Shown one piece after another: positions 9,007 to 16,064 of a stretch of 32,000 nucleotides of DNA (positions within the stretch are counted from its first letter, which is position 1; the number at the start of each line of letters is the position of its first letter). Under the pieces are notes generated by a model that saw only the letters and a list, made by a program, of their open reading frames with translations, searched no databases and had not been told where the DNA came from. Location: positions 540,001-572,000 of the forward strand of contig NC_000917.1 in the NCBI RefSeq assembly GCF_000008665.1, read 5' to 3'. Both the position numbers and the translations under genes were made by a program. The stretch comes from Archaeoglobus fulgidus DSM 4304. GTDB lineage: Archaea > Halobacteriota > Archaeoglobi > Archaeoglobales > Archaeoglobaceae.

Positions 9007-9217
9007 GATCTTCCCTCACGTACTTTTCAGCGGTTCCCTTTTCAGCTCCCGATAAGTTCGAAAGCATAGCGTTAATTTCCTCCAAAGCCTTCTTTTTCCT
9101 GTATTCTCTACTTTTGGCTTCGATGAATTTTCTGATTTCTTCGCTCCAGTTGATGTCGATCTCCTTCATTCTCTTCTTAAGCTCGGGAGGTATCCTGAAG
9201 CTAACCACATTGCTCAC
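8993..9217 (-). CDS. vapB: VapB-type ribbon-helix-helix antitoxin
   Basis: 74-aa ORF: MSNVVSFRIPPELKKRMKEIDINWSEEIRKFIE... It is a paralogue of the 16359-16637 gene and lies immediately upstream of the PIN remnant. Confidence 0.65.
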   Translation of the reverse strand: MSNVVSFRIPPELKKRMKEIDINWSEEIRKFIEAKSREYRKKKALEEINAMLSNLSGAEKGTAEKYVREDRDSN

Positions 9218-9497
9218 AATTACTAAAGCGTATTATCGTATTTTTGCCAATAAATTAAGGATTGCATTTTGAGTTTGTATATGTCAGAACATGAAATCGT
9301 TTGCTAAAAATCTTGATGTTGATCGAAAGTTCTCAAATCTTAAAAATGTGATTTATGAGTTTAAGAGAAAATCGGTTTGGATAAGTCTAAATCTGCTCTT
9401 ACTACCTTTTCTTCAAATTTTTCGAACCTCTTCGAGTTTTCTGTCTTTTGACAAGCGATTTACGGAGTATAATAGCAATGACGACGAACTCTAAGAT

Positions 9498-9649
9498 ATG
9501 GAAAGAATGGTCGTAGACTCGAAAGTTATGGTTGGAAAGCCAGTCATCAAAGGCACGAGGATTCCAGTAGATGCCAATGTTAGAATAAGAAACTTGCAAT
9601 TTTACTAAGGAATGGTGGATACAATATAGTTTTCGTTGGTGATTTGTAG
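9498..9649 (+). pseudogene. Collapsed DUF433-like / DUF5615-like (PIN-like) TA pair remnant
   Basis: 9498-9608 reads MERMVVDSKVMVGKPVIKGTRIPVDANVRIRNLQFY* (GKPVIKGTRIPV is the DUF433 core). The overlapping frame at 9587-9649 reads KKLAILLRNGGYNIVFVGDL*, resembling the N-terminus of the usual DUF5615 partner. Most of both genes is missing. Confidence 0.5.
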
Positions 9650-9721
9650 TTGTAAGAGACGACGCCATAAAGTTAAGAAGAATAAGGTTTTAAGAAGGAA
9701 TTTAGACGAACTTGTTTTATC

Positions 9722-9950
9722 TGTAAAGCTCAAGTGAGAAATAATAAGCCTCTGAAGGTGCGAAAGACCTAAACCTTCTTACGGTAACCCCATCAATTTC
9801 TTCAACTTTCGGCAATTTTCCGCTCGGATCGGTTGTTAAAACTTCGACATCGTAATTCTTCGATATCCTCTTGGCTATATCGTAAACGTGGGTTTCGACT
9901 CCGCATATGTGAGGAATGAGGACGGAATCTCGGAAAAACGTGAGTTATTC
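9722..9950 (-). pseudogene. N-terminal fragment (~76 codons) of a GT4 gene paralogous to 14919-15995
   Basis: Reads ..IPHICGVETHVYDIAKRISKNYDVEVLTTDPSGKLPKVEEIDGVTVRRFRSFAPSEAYYFSLELYR*, against residues 1-76 of the intact gene. There is a 35-nt identical block (9789-9823 = 15837-15871). The start region is frameshifted. Confidence 0.75.
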
Positions 9951-10285
9951 TCACGGTTCAATTAACTTAACTCTCAAATTTGAGACTTCTGCGATGTCTA
10001 AGAAATCCCTATCCTTCGTTATTAATTCTTCATCTCTATTTATACAAATTGAGGCAATTAAAAGGTCTGAAAATGGTTTCTCGGCTTTCTAACAATTCTT
10101 AAACGTCTTTGTAGCTCTATAGAGAGTAAAACGTCACCTCTTTCGATGATTAGAACTTTTCCGTGAAATTTTTTGTAGTTTATAACTGGAGGAAATTCGA
10201 CGATAGTTACTTCCGTTATGTTTTCTTCAATACTTTCGTTTTTCTTAACTCTTTCAATTACCAAGTTCGTGTCCGCTACGACCAT
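9951..10285 (-). pseudogene. vapC: PIN-domain toxin VapC with a 1-nt frameshift
   Basis: Track ORF 10058-10285 reads MVVADTNLVIE..IVEFP... After a slip near 10070 the next frame gives KAEKPFSDLLIASICINRDEELITKDRDFLDIAEVSNLRVKLIEP* (stop at 9951-9953). All four PIN acidic positions are recognisable. The 335-nt length is 3n+2. Confidence 0.75.
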
Positions 10286-10521
10286 ACTCTTTTCTTCTCT
10301 TTCTCTTTCATCTTTCTAAGGTATTCCAGTTCTTTATCAGTATCAAACGTAACGTCTTCTGTTTTGGGGAATTTTAGCGTTAGATACAAATTGTACAAGT
10401 CGATATCAGCGTAATCTTTCCCTATTTCGTCTAATATCTTATCTGCCAGCATTTCTTTCAACTTGTTTATTAGTTTCTCATTAACCCGATCGGGCACTTC
10501 TATTTGGATTACTTTTCCCAT
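10276..10521 (-). CDS. Putative antitoxin of the adjacent VapC
   Basis: 81-aa ORF with a 10-nt overlap with the vapC start. The C-terminal half is acidic and lysine-rich. A TATA-like aatataaa (10543-10550) lies ~25 nt upstream. Confidence 0.55.
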   Translation of the reverse strand: MGKVIQIEVPDRVNEKLINKLKEMLADKILDEIGKDYADIDLYNLYLTLKFPKTEDVTFDTDKELEYLRKMKEKEKKRVWS

Positions 10522-10743
10522 GCTTTTTTATTAGTCTTAAAGAATATAAATACCTTTTCCTCGATCAGTTTGCCTTTTTAAAACTCACAAACTCAGAAAT
10601 CGGCACGCTTAAACTCTGATTGATGCGAGGTTACGTCCAAAAGCCGAAGAGCTTCGAGATGCGGTGCGACTGTAGATGTTTGAGGGAGCGCGTCGAGAGG
10701 GGGGAAAATCCACACTACACGAAGCTTCACGAAGCTACCCCAA

Positions 10744-10755
10744 ACTTTATCAACT
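10744..10755 (+). promoter_or_regulatory. TATA-like box for the 222-aa orphan gene
   Basis: tttatca at 10746-10752 lies ~27 nt upstream of the ATG at 10776. Confidence 0.35.
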
Positions 10756-10775
10756 TTCTGCTCTGATGCAGATAA

Positions 10776-11444
10776 ATGAAGCACAAAATCAAGCTGAAAG
10801 GCTCGTTCAGCTTAAACGAGAAGGATATTTTGGATTTTCATCCTTGGGTAAAACCTCTCCTTGAAGAGGTAAGAAACAGAGGATGGAATTACGAGTTTTC
10901 CGACGTGAAAGCTGAAGTCCTGGTTGAACTCGATTTAGATGAGTTAAAGCTCGACCTCAGGTACTACCCACCCCGTCTGGAGAGATTCGAAGAAGGAGGA
11001 ACTTACGAGATTTCAGCCGAAGTAGGAAGTGAGCCTCCGGCAGTTCTGAAGGTGCTTTCAATTGAAAGCTTTAAAGTTCGCGTATCCACCAAAAACTGCT
11101 GGAATGCTGCAGAAATAGATCCCTTCAAACGTGAAGTTAACAGCATTAAGGACGTTTTATGGGCCTTTGGGGAAGAAGTTGATAAGCTTTCTCAGGCGAG
11201 GGAAGTTTATGAAGTTGCAAGATGGTTGATTGAAAAGGGATTCAAACCGGCAAATAACTACGTGATCAAAGACTACAAGAAACTTGTCGACATGTTCGAA
11301 AAGCCCTACAAGTTTGCAGTAACGCTGGAAATTGCGGTTGAAGATGAAAATAAGGTGCCGGGATGGGAGGAGCTTAAAAAAGAGCTGAGCAAGTTCTTCT
11401 ACGAGAGGGGGACTTTTGGTGGAGCTGAAAATGGATCCGTTTAG
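10776..11444 (+). CDS. Hypothetical protein (no family recognised)
   Basis: 222-aa ORF with ordinary, non-repetitive amino-acid composition and higher G+C than its neighbours. A TATA-like tttatca (10746-10752) lies ~27 nt upstream of the ATG. Confidence 0.6.
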   Translation: MKHKIKLKGSFSLNEKDILDFHPWVKPLLEEVRNRGWNYEFSDVKAEVLVELDLDELKLDLRYYPPRLERFEEGGTYEISAEVGSEPPAVLKVLSIESFKVRVSTKNCWNAAEIDPFKREVNSIKDVLWAFGEEVDKLSQAREVYEVARWLIEKGFKPANNYVIKDYKKLVDMFEKPYKFAVTLEIAVEDENKVPGWEELKKELSKFFYERGTFGGAENGSV

Positions 11445-11482
11445 AAAGCCTATACCTTAATTTCCTTCAGCAGGATCGAGAA

Positions 11483-11890
11483 TCACCAGCAAGAGCTTAT
11501 TTCAAAACTTCTCGTGCAGTAGTCAAGCACAAGCTTAAATCCCTCTAAAAACTCCGTTCCGAGCACTATCTCATCTACTCCATCAGTTGTCTCCACAAAT
11601 CCGTCTCTGAATGTTTTCAGCTCTGGAATTATGATTCTGGCATAAGAGCCGGTGGATTCAATCAACCTTTCCGTAGGAAGTGTTAATGCTCTTTTATGCT
11701 GACTCAACTCGTCAAGACGAAGCTTTTTAAAGATGTCTTGTGGGACGACTGCAAAGCCCTCATATCCTGTGTCGATGACCGCAAGCACACTGCCAGATTC
11801 TGGAAACTTAACGGAAAGAAGAGGGTTGCTCAGAACGATCTCGATAACTGGGGTTCCGTTAACGAACATACTTCCAGCCCATCCTTGCAA
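11483..11890 (-). CDS. Retropepsin-like clan-AA aspartyl protease (AF_0612-type)
   Basis: 135-aa ORF with the active-site motif AVIDTGYEG and the C-terminal IVLGTEFLEGFKLVLDY typical of retropepsin-like folds. An alternative start is the ATG at 11869. Confidence 0.8.
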   Translation of the reverse strand: MQGWAGSMFVNGTPVIEIVLSNPLLSVKFPESGSVLAVIDTGYEGFAVVPQDIFKKLRLDELSQHKRALTLPTERLIESTGSYARIIIPELKTFRDGFVETTDGVDEIVLGTEFLEGFKLVLDYCTRSFEISSCW

Positions 11891-12176
11891 CAGGCTTTAT
11901 ATGCTCTGAAGAGACTATTTTCACACTCCTCGGATCCACATTCTTCTCCCTCAGTATTTTGGCAAGTTCCTCAAGATCGTGAGCTTCAGCGACGAGTTCT
12001 TCTCCTCTGTAAGCTCTGAAGACTTTTTTCTTCTTTTCCAGTATTGAGAAGTAAATCTTCAAAGCTTCCTCTATAACTTTCGACATCGCACCCTTGCTCG
12101 ACCCGTGTTTCTCCTTAACTACATCTCTCAACCTTTTTTCGACATCATCGCTTATCGAGATCGTTAATGTTCCCAT
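11859..12176 (-). CDS. Ribbon-helix-helix (CopG-like) protein with a ~55-aa C-terminal extra domain
   Basis: 105-aa ORF. MGTLTISISDDVEKRLRDVV...MSKVIEEALKIYF forms an RHH strand-helix-helix pattern. Its 3' end overlaps the protease ORF by 32 nt. Confidence 0.75.
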   Translation of the reverse strand: MGTLTISISDDVEKRLRDVVKEKHGSSKGAMSKVIEEALKIYFSILEKKKKVFRAYRGEELVAEAHDLEELAKILREKNVDPRSVKIVSSEHIKPVARMGWKYVR

Positions 12177-12198
12177 GTAAATACGTATTAAGTGGATA

Positions 12199-12210
12199 CT
12201 ATTTAAATAT
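12199..12210 (-). promoter_or_regulatory. TATA-like box for the RHH-protease unit
   Basis: atttaaat at 12201-12208 is centred ~28 nt upstream of the ATG at 12176, consistent with a leaderless or short-leader archaeal mRNA. Confidence 0.4.
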
Positions 12211-12222
12211 TTTCTCCAAAAT

Positions 12223-12520
12223 CTAAAGCTTAAAAACCCTTTTAATGCCAGTTTTATCGAAATCGATATCGTTTTAGATTATTTCCTCTATGTTCTTTCT
12301 CTTAGCAACGGCAAAATGCAAAGAATCTTCGAAATCCAATCCGAAATAGTTCACGATATCTAAAGCATTCAAGAAATCATCTTTGACGAGTGGTTCAATC
12401 TTTAAAACCTCTTAATCTTATGAACGAATCAACGACGATTTTAACAAATTTTTGTCCTTTAGGCTTTTGTCCGCCAATCCGACAATGATTACGAGTGTTT
12501 CGTAGATTTTTAGGGTAGAT
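12223..12520 (-). pseudogene. PIN-domain gene remnant (N-terminus missing, at least one frameshift, in-frame TAA)
   Basis: Stitched frames read ..IYETLVIIVGLADKS.. / GQKFVKIVVDSFIRLRGFK / IEPLVKDDFLNALDIVNYFGLDFEDSLHFAVAKRKNIEEII*NDIDFDKTGIKRVFKL*. The G(L)D..D(S/A)LH.A.A....I.(S/T).D.DFDK tail is PIN-like. Confidence 0.5.
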
Positions 12521-12521
12521 G

Positions 12522-12866
12522 TTAGGTAATTAGATCAAGCCTTCTATACTTCCTAATGAAACGTTTGCTCATCTTCCACTCTTTTTTAGTTAGGATGTGA
12601 AACTCGAAGGGTGAATCGAAGAACTTCTTGGTAATCTTCCCGAAGAATTCGAGCTTCCTGTTTCTATCCTCAAATACGTCTGAAACGATTGCAACGTCTA
12701 TATCCGACAAGCCGATCGAGTAATCACCTTCAACAACCGAACCGTAGAGATATATTTCCGCATCTTGAACATCCTTTTTTGTAATCTCTTTTATCTCCTT
12801 CAAAAATTCCTACAGATTATCGAAGTACTTCTTTCTCCTTTCGTAAACATCTCTTAGGAACTTCAT
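12522..12866 (-). pseudogene. Minimal nucleotidyltransferase (MNT-type antitoxin) with an in-frame TAG at codon 19
   Basis: The ATG at 12866 gives MKFLRDVYERRKKYFDNL, then TAG (plus-strand cta at 12810-12812), then EFLKEIKEI..YLYGSVVEGDYSIGLSDIDVAIV (GS..x..DxD NTase core). The 93-aa track ORF 12522-12803 could only initiate at a TTG. Confidence 0.7.
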
Positions 12867-12907
12867 AGCATCTCCCCCAAATCACTTCCTTTTCTTAATT
12901 TTTCGTA

Positions 12908-13297
12908 TCAACGCCAAGTTAGTTTACTCTCCATGATGTAGTTGAAAATAAATGCACATCCAATGCCAACAAAGTTCGAAAAGATATAATATATCTTAAA
13001 GAGCTCCGTCAACACGTATAAAATGGATATGTTCACGAAAATACCAGCAACTCTCCAAAGATTGCTCTTTAGAAGTCTGAAAAGAAACAATCTCAAATCA
13101 GAGCTTCTTTTATCTCTGAATGTCCAACGATCATTTAATATAAATTGAACTACAATAGCTATCTCTATTGCCAAAATTGAGGAAACGATGTAATAAACTC
13201 TGAAATATTCCGTAAAGATGTAAAGAATTAATGTATTTATCAGAGCTCCGAACGCTCCAACAGATGCAAATTTTAGCAATCTTAAGAATTCAATCAT
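12908..13297 (-). CDS. GtrA-family membrane protein
   Basis: 129-aa ORF with 4 TM segments. FASVGAFGALINTLILYIFTE and FILNDRWTFRD match GtrA-like proteins. It has a 4-nt overlap with the upstream GT-C gene. Confidence 0.8.
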   Translation of the reverse strand: MIEFLRLLKFASVGAFGALINTLILYIFTEYFRVYYIVSSILAIEIAIVVQFILNDRWTFRDKRSSDLRLFLFRLLKSNLWRVAGIFVNISILYVLTELFKIYYIFSNFVGIGCAFIFNYIMESKLTWR

Positions 13298-14895
13298 GTT
13301 CTTTTGTAAATGTAGAGTTTAGAGTTATCTGGGAGATCAAATACCTTAACAACCTCAAAATTGTCTTTTCGCTCGTAGAAGAACTCATATAGCTTCTTTT
13401 CTATATCTCCGTAAACTCCTTTGTGTTCCCTTGGTTCTATTAGAATTATGTATGTAATCTTATCGAAATTATGAACAAAGGCCTCATAGCCAATGTAAAC
13501 TCCATTGTAAATCGCAAATTTATAACCCTCCTTAAGTCTGTAAAAGTTCAGAGATTGCCCGTTGAGATATGGATGATCAGGAAGAACGACGACTATTTTT
13601 CCTTCTCCCCCACTCTCTTTAATAGCTTCGAGTAGAGCATATATCTTCCAGTCTTCTTTTTTAGGGTGTTCTGGATTGGGGAGAATTTTATTGTCTATAT
13701 CTGGCTGCCCGAAAGTTAAAGCGGATATATTCAAAAGACCGAAAAGAAGAATGATGAAAGTGAGAATCGTACTGTATTTTCGATTCGCCAAGCTACTTAC
13801 AAAAACTCCTATTGAAATTGCAACAAACGGTAAAACGGGCATGATGTACCTCGGATCTTTGTTTGAAAGTAGTGTTAAGATGATGTAAATAAGCGCAATT
13901 GGTGTCAAAAGTCCTAAAAAGAGGTATCGGTTGTTTTTATATAGATAGTATATTGAAACGGCAAACAGTATTAAGAACACAGCTCCAACAGCGTCGAGTA
14001 TTGAATTAGCATAGTATATCCAGCCCTGAATCGTTAGAAATGCAGGGTCTCCTTCTTTTCCACCTATGTTTGCAAAGTAGGTAAGTCGCATAATGACCGT
14101 GCTTAAATTTGGAAGGTACCACCAAGCTGCAAAAAGAAATGCAACAAAGAGGGAAATCGCAAAGTTCAACATAGTATTATTTGTTTTCGCAGACTTTTCG
14201 TAAAGTTTTAGATGTTTTTTAGAGCAGAATCTTCTGTAACCTACTTTCCACCCATTTTTAACGATCTGGTGACAATATGGGCATCTCATGAAATAATTTA
14301 CTAAAAACAATGCAAAAATCGAAGGGATGATATATACGAAAGCATTCCACTTTGTTAGCTCAGCTATACCGAAAACTATGCCGAAAAGAACTGAATACTT
14401 TAAATTTCTGAAGTCCTCCGATCTCAGATAAAGCAAAATAGCAAAGGCTGTTAGAGACAATAGAGCGAAGTCAATCATATATACTCGCTGAAATTTTATA
14501 AGCGCCGGGAAAGCGGAAATGATCACAGCTGATATAACTCCAGCGTTTCTGTCTTTCATAATCTTGGCTATTTGGAAAACTGAATATATTAAAATAAAAT
14601 AGTAAATTAAATTTGTTAAAATTGCGATATCTTCGGAAAACCCGAACAGAAAGTAAAGTGGTGTAGAAGAGAGATAAAAGAATGGGGGGTAGTAATTGCT
14701 AACCTTAACTATTTCGGAAAATTGTAACGACTTTATTAGATTGAAATACACAAACGAGTAAGTTAAATGTAAAGCCGGGTCCCAAGATTGAGGACTGTCA
14801 TCCCAAGCAATAAAGTACACATTGGTGATCACTACAAAAGTCGTGATTAGCAGAAGAACTAGAAACTCTGAATCTTTGAGGTATTTCACTTCCAT
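13294..14895 (-). CDS. Polytopic GT-C fold glycosyltransferase (PMT/ArnT-like, GT39/83-type) with an embedded zinc-ribbon loop
   Basis: 533-aa ORF with ~12 hydrophobic segments by eye. The first loop has an acidic motif (IAWDDSPQSWDP). It has a ~130-aa soluble C-terminal domain and genomic linkage to GtrA and a GT4. Confidence 0.7.
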   Translation of the reverse strand: MEVKYLKDSEFLVLLLITTFVVITNVYFIAWDDSPQSWDPALHLTYSFVYFNLIKSLQFSEIVKVSNYYPPFFYLSSTPLYFLFGFSEDIAILTNLIYYFILIYSVFQIAKIMKDRNAGVISAVIISAFPALIKFQRVYMIDFALLSLTAFAILLYLRSEDFRNLKYSVLFGIVFGIAELTKWNAFVYIIPSIFALFLVNYFMRCPYCHQIVKNGWKVGYRRFCSKKHLKLYEKSAKTNNTMLNFAISLFVAFLFAAWWYLPNLSTVIMRLTYFANIGGKEGDPAFLTIQGWIYYANSILDAVGAVFLILFAVSIYYLYKNNRYLFLGLLTPIALIYIILTLLSNKDPRYIMPVLPFVAISIGVFVSSLANRKYSTILTFIILLFGLLNISALTFGQPDIDNKILPNPEHPKKEDWKIYALLEAIKESGGEGKIVVVLPDHPYLNGQSLNFYRLKEGYKFAIYNGVYIGYEAFVHNFDKITYIILIEPREHKGVYGDIEKKLYEFFYERKDNFEVVKVFDLPDNSKLYIYKRT

Positions 14896-14918
14896 AAATT
14901 TGCTTGATATATTAGCTA

Positions 14919-15995
14919 TTAAATTTTTGCGGAATAAATCCTTATTAATCTTTCATTAACATCATCCCAATCCAACAATTTCATATCTCCAGCTTTAACA
15001 TTTGAAACTCTCTCTATCAGTCTTGCAAGCTCCGAAACGTTGATTGGGTAATCGATACCAAAAACGTTCTTGTTATCTATCCACTCACTCAAAGCAGATG
15101 TGTTAGCAACAATGCATGGAGTCTTTGCAGCTAGAGCTTCGGCTACAACAATTCCATAAGCTTCGTGCTTAGATAGAAGAACTAGTACATCAGCCTTCGC
15201 ATACCTATCGATGAGCTCTTTTCTGCTTAAGTCCTGATAAAACCTAATCCTGTCGATAACATCTAACTTCTTCGCCATTTCAACTATCTTCGACTTGTAA
15301 CTACCTTTACCGACAACCTCAAGCGTGAAGTTATCGGGCAAGTGTTTCAATGATTTCACAACATAATCCAACCCCTTGTACTTCTCAACTCTCCCTACGT
15401 AGAGGATAGTTTTCTTCCAACTTTCCTTATTTCTCTTAATTTTTTCAATGTCTTTAAACTCATCTAAATTTATTCCGTTTGGGATTACATACGTTCTATC
15501 CTCGGCGACCTTGAAATTTTTCAAAACCAGATTTTTCTCGTAATTGGAAACGCAAACGATTGCGTCGGCTCTCTTAAAGATCTTCCTTCCGAATATCTTG
15601 TAAGGTTTATGAAGGACGTTTCTGAAAAAGCTGTGACCGCTCCCGTGATAATGCGGCGTGAAAATCAATTTGTTTTTTCCTTTGGTCAAGGCAGCAAACA
15701 GAGCGGGAAACGCGTGGTAGTTGTGGGCGTGAACTACATCGTAGTCCGAGCTATTTTTCTTTAAATAGTCGTAGAGTTCGGGAGAGAAGTAATACGCCTC
15801 GGAAGGGGCGAGAGATTTAAACCTTCTCACGGTAAGCCCATCAATTTCTTCAACTTTCGGCAATTTTCCGCCTGGGTCGGTAGTCAGAACCTCAACATCG
15901 AACTTCTTTGCTATTCTACTAGCTATTTCGTAAACGTGAGTTTCGACTCCTCCTATGTGGGGATAAAATCTCGGACAAACCTGGGCTATTTTCAC
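14919..15995 (-). CDS. GT4-type glycosyltransferase
   Basis: 358-aa ORF: MKIAQVCPRFYPHIGGVETHV.. and YVGRVEKYKGLD..VGKGS..LVLLSKHEAYGIVVAEALAAKTPCIV. Confidence 0.85.
   Translation of the reverse strand: MKIAQVCPRFYPHIGGVETHVYEIASRIAKKFDVEVLTTDPGGKLPKVEEIDGLTVRRFKSLAPSEAYYFSPELYDYLKKNSSDYDVVHAHNYHAFPALFAALTKGKNKLIFTPHYHGSGHSFFRNVLHKPYKIFGRKIFKRADAIVCVSNYEKNLVLKNFKVAEDRTYVIPNGINLDEFKDIEKIKRNKESWKKTILYVGRVEKYKGLDYVVKSLKHLPDNFTLEVVGKGSYKSKIVEMAKKLDVIDRIRFYQDLSRKELIDRYAKADVLVLLSKHEAYGIVVAEALAAKTPCIVANTSALSEWIDNKNVFGIDYPINVSELARLIERVSNVKAGDMKLLDWDDVNERLIRIYSAKI
15768..15995 (-). repeat. Intact copy of the segment duplicated as the fragment at 9722-9950 (same orientation)
   Basis: My manual alignment of the two stretches shows long runs of identity, including a 35-nt perfect block at 15837-15871 = 9789-9823. 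Confidence 0.8.
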
Positions 15996-16064
15996 ATTTT
16001 CCCCTTTAATTTCAGATATTAAACTTTGTTGTGGTGGATATTGATATTTTTCAGCAAAAAGATA

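Noticed and set aside
9291-9668. Track ORFs 9291-9494 (+) and 9402-9668 (-)
   Set aside because: They have no recognisable features and overlap each other. The minus ORF is antisense to the DUF433/DUF5615-like relic, which explains the open frame better.
10613-10680. Possible C/D-box sRNA (ctgattgatgcg..)
   Set aside because: The C-box is imperfect (UGAUGC rather than UGAUGA). No CUGA D-box follows at the expected ~50-60 nt distance, and there is no terminal kink-turn pairing.
5516-12812. Reading the two in-frame TAG codons as pyrrolysine
   Set aside because: Pyl decoding is known from Methanosarcinales/Methanomassiliicoccales-type archaea and a few bacteria. Nothing in this window suggests that machinery, and neighbouring genes also carry TAA stops and frameshifts, so ordinary nonsense mutation is far more likely. 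It is kept only as a low-interest check.
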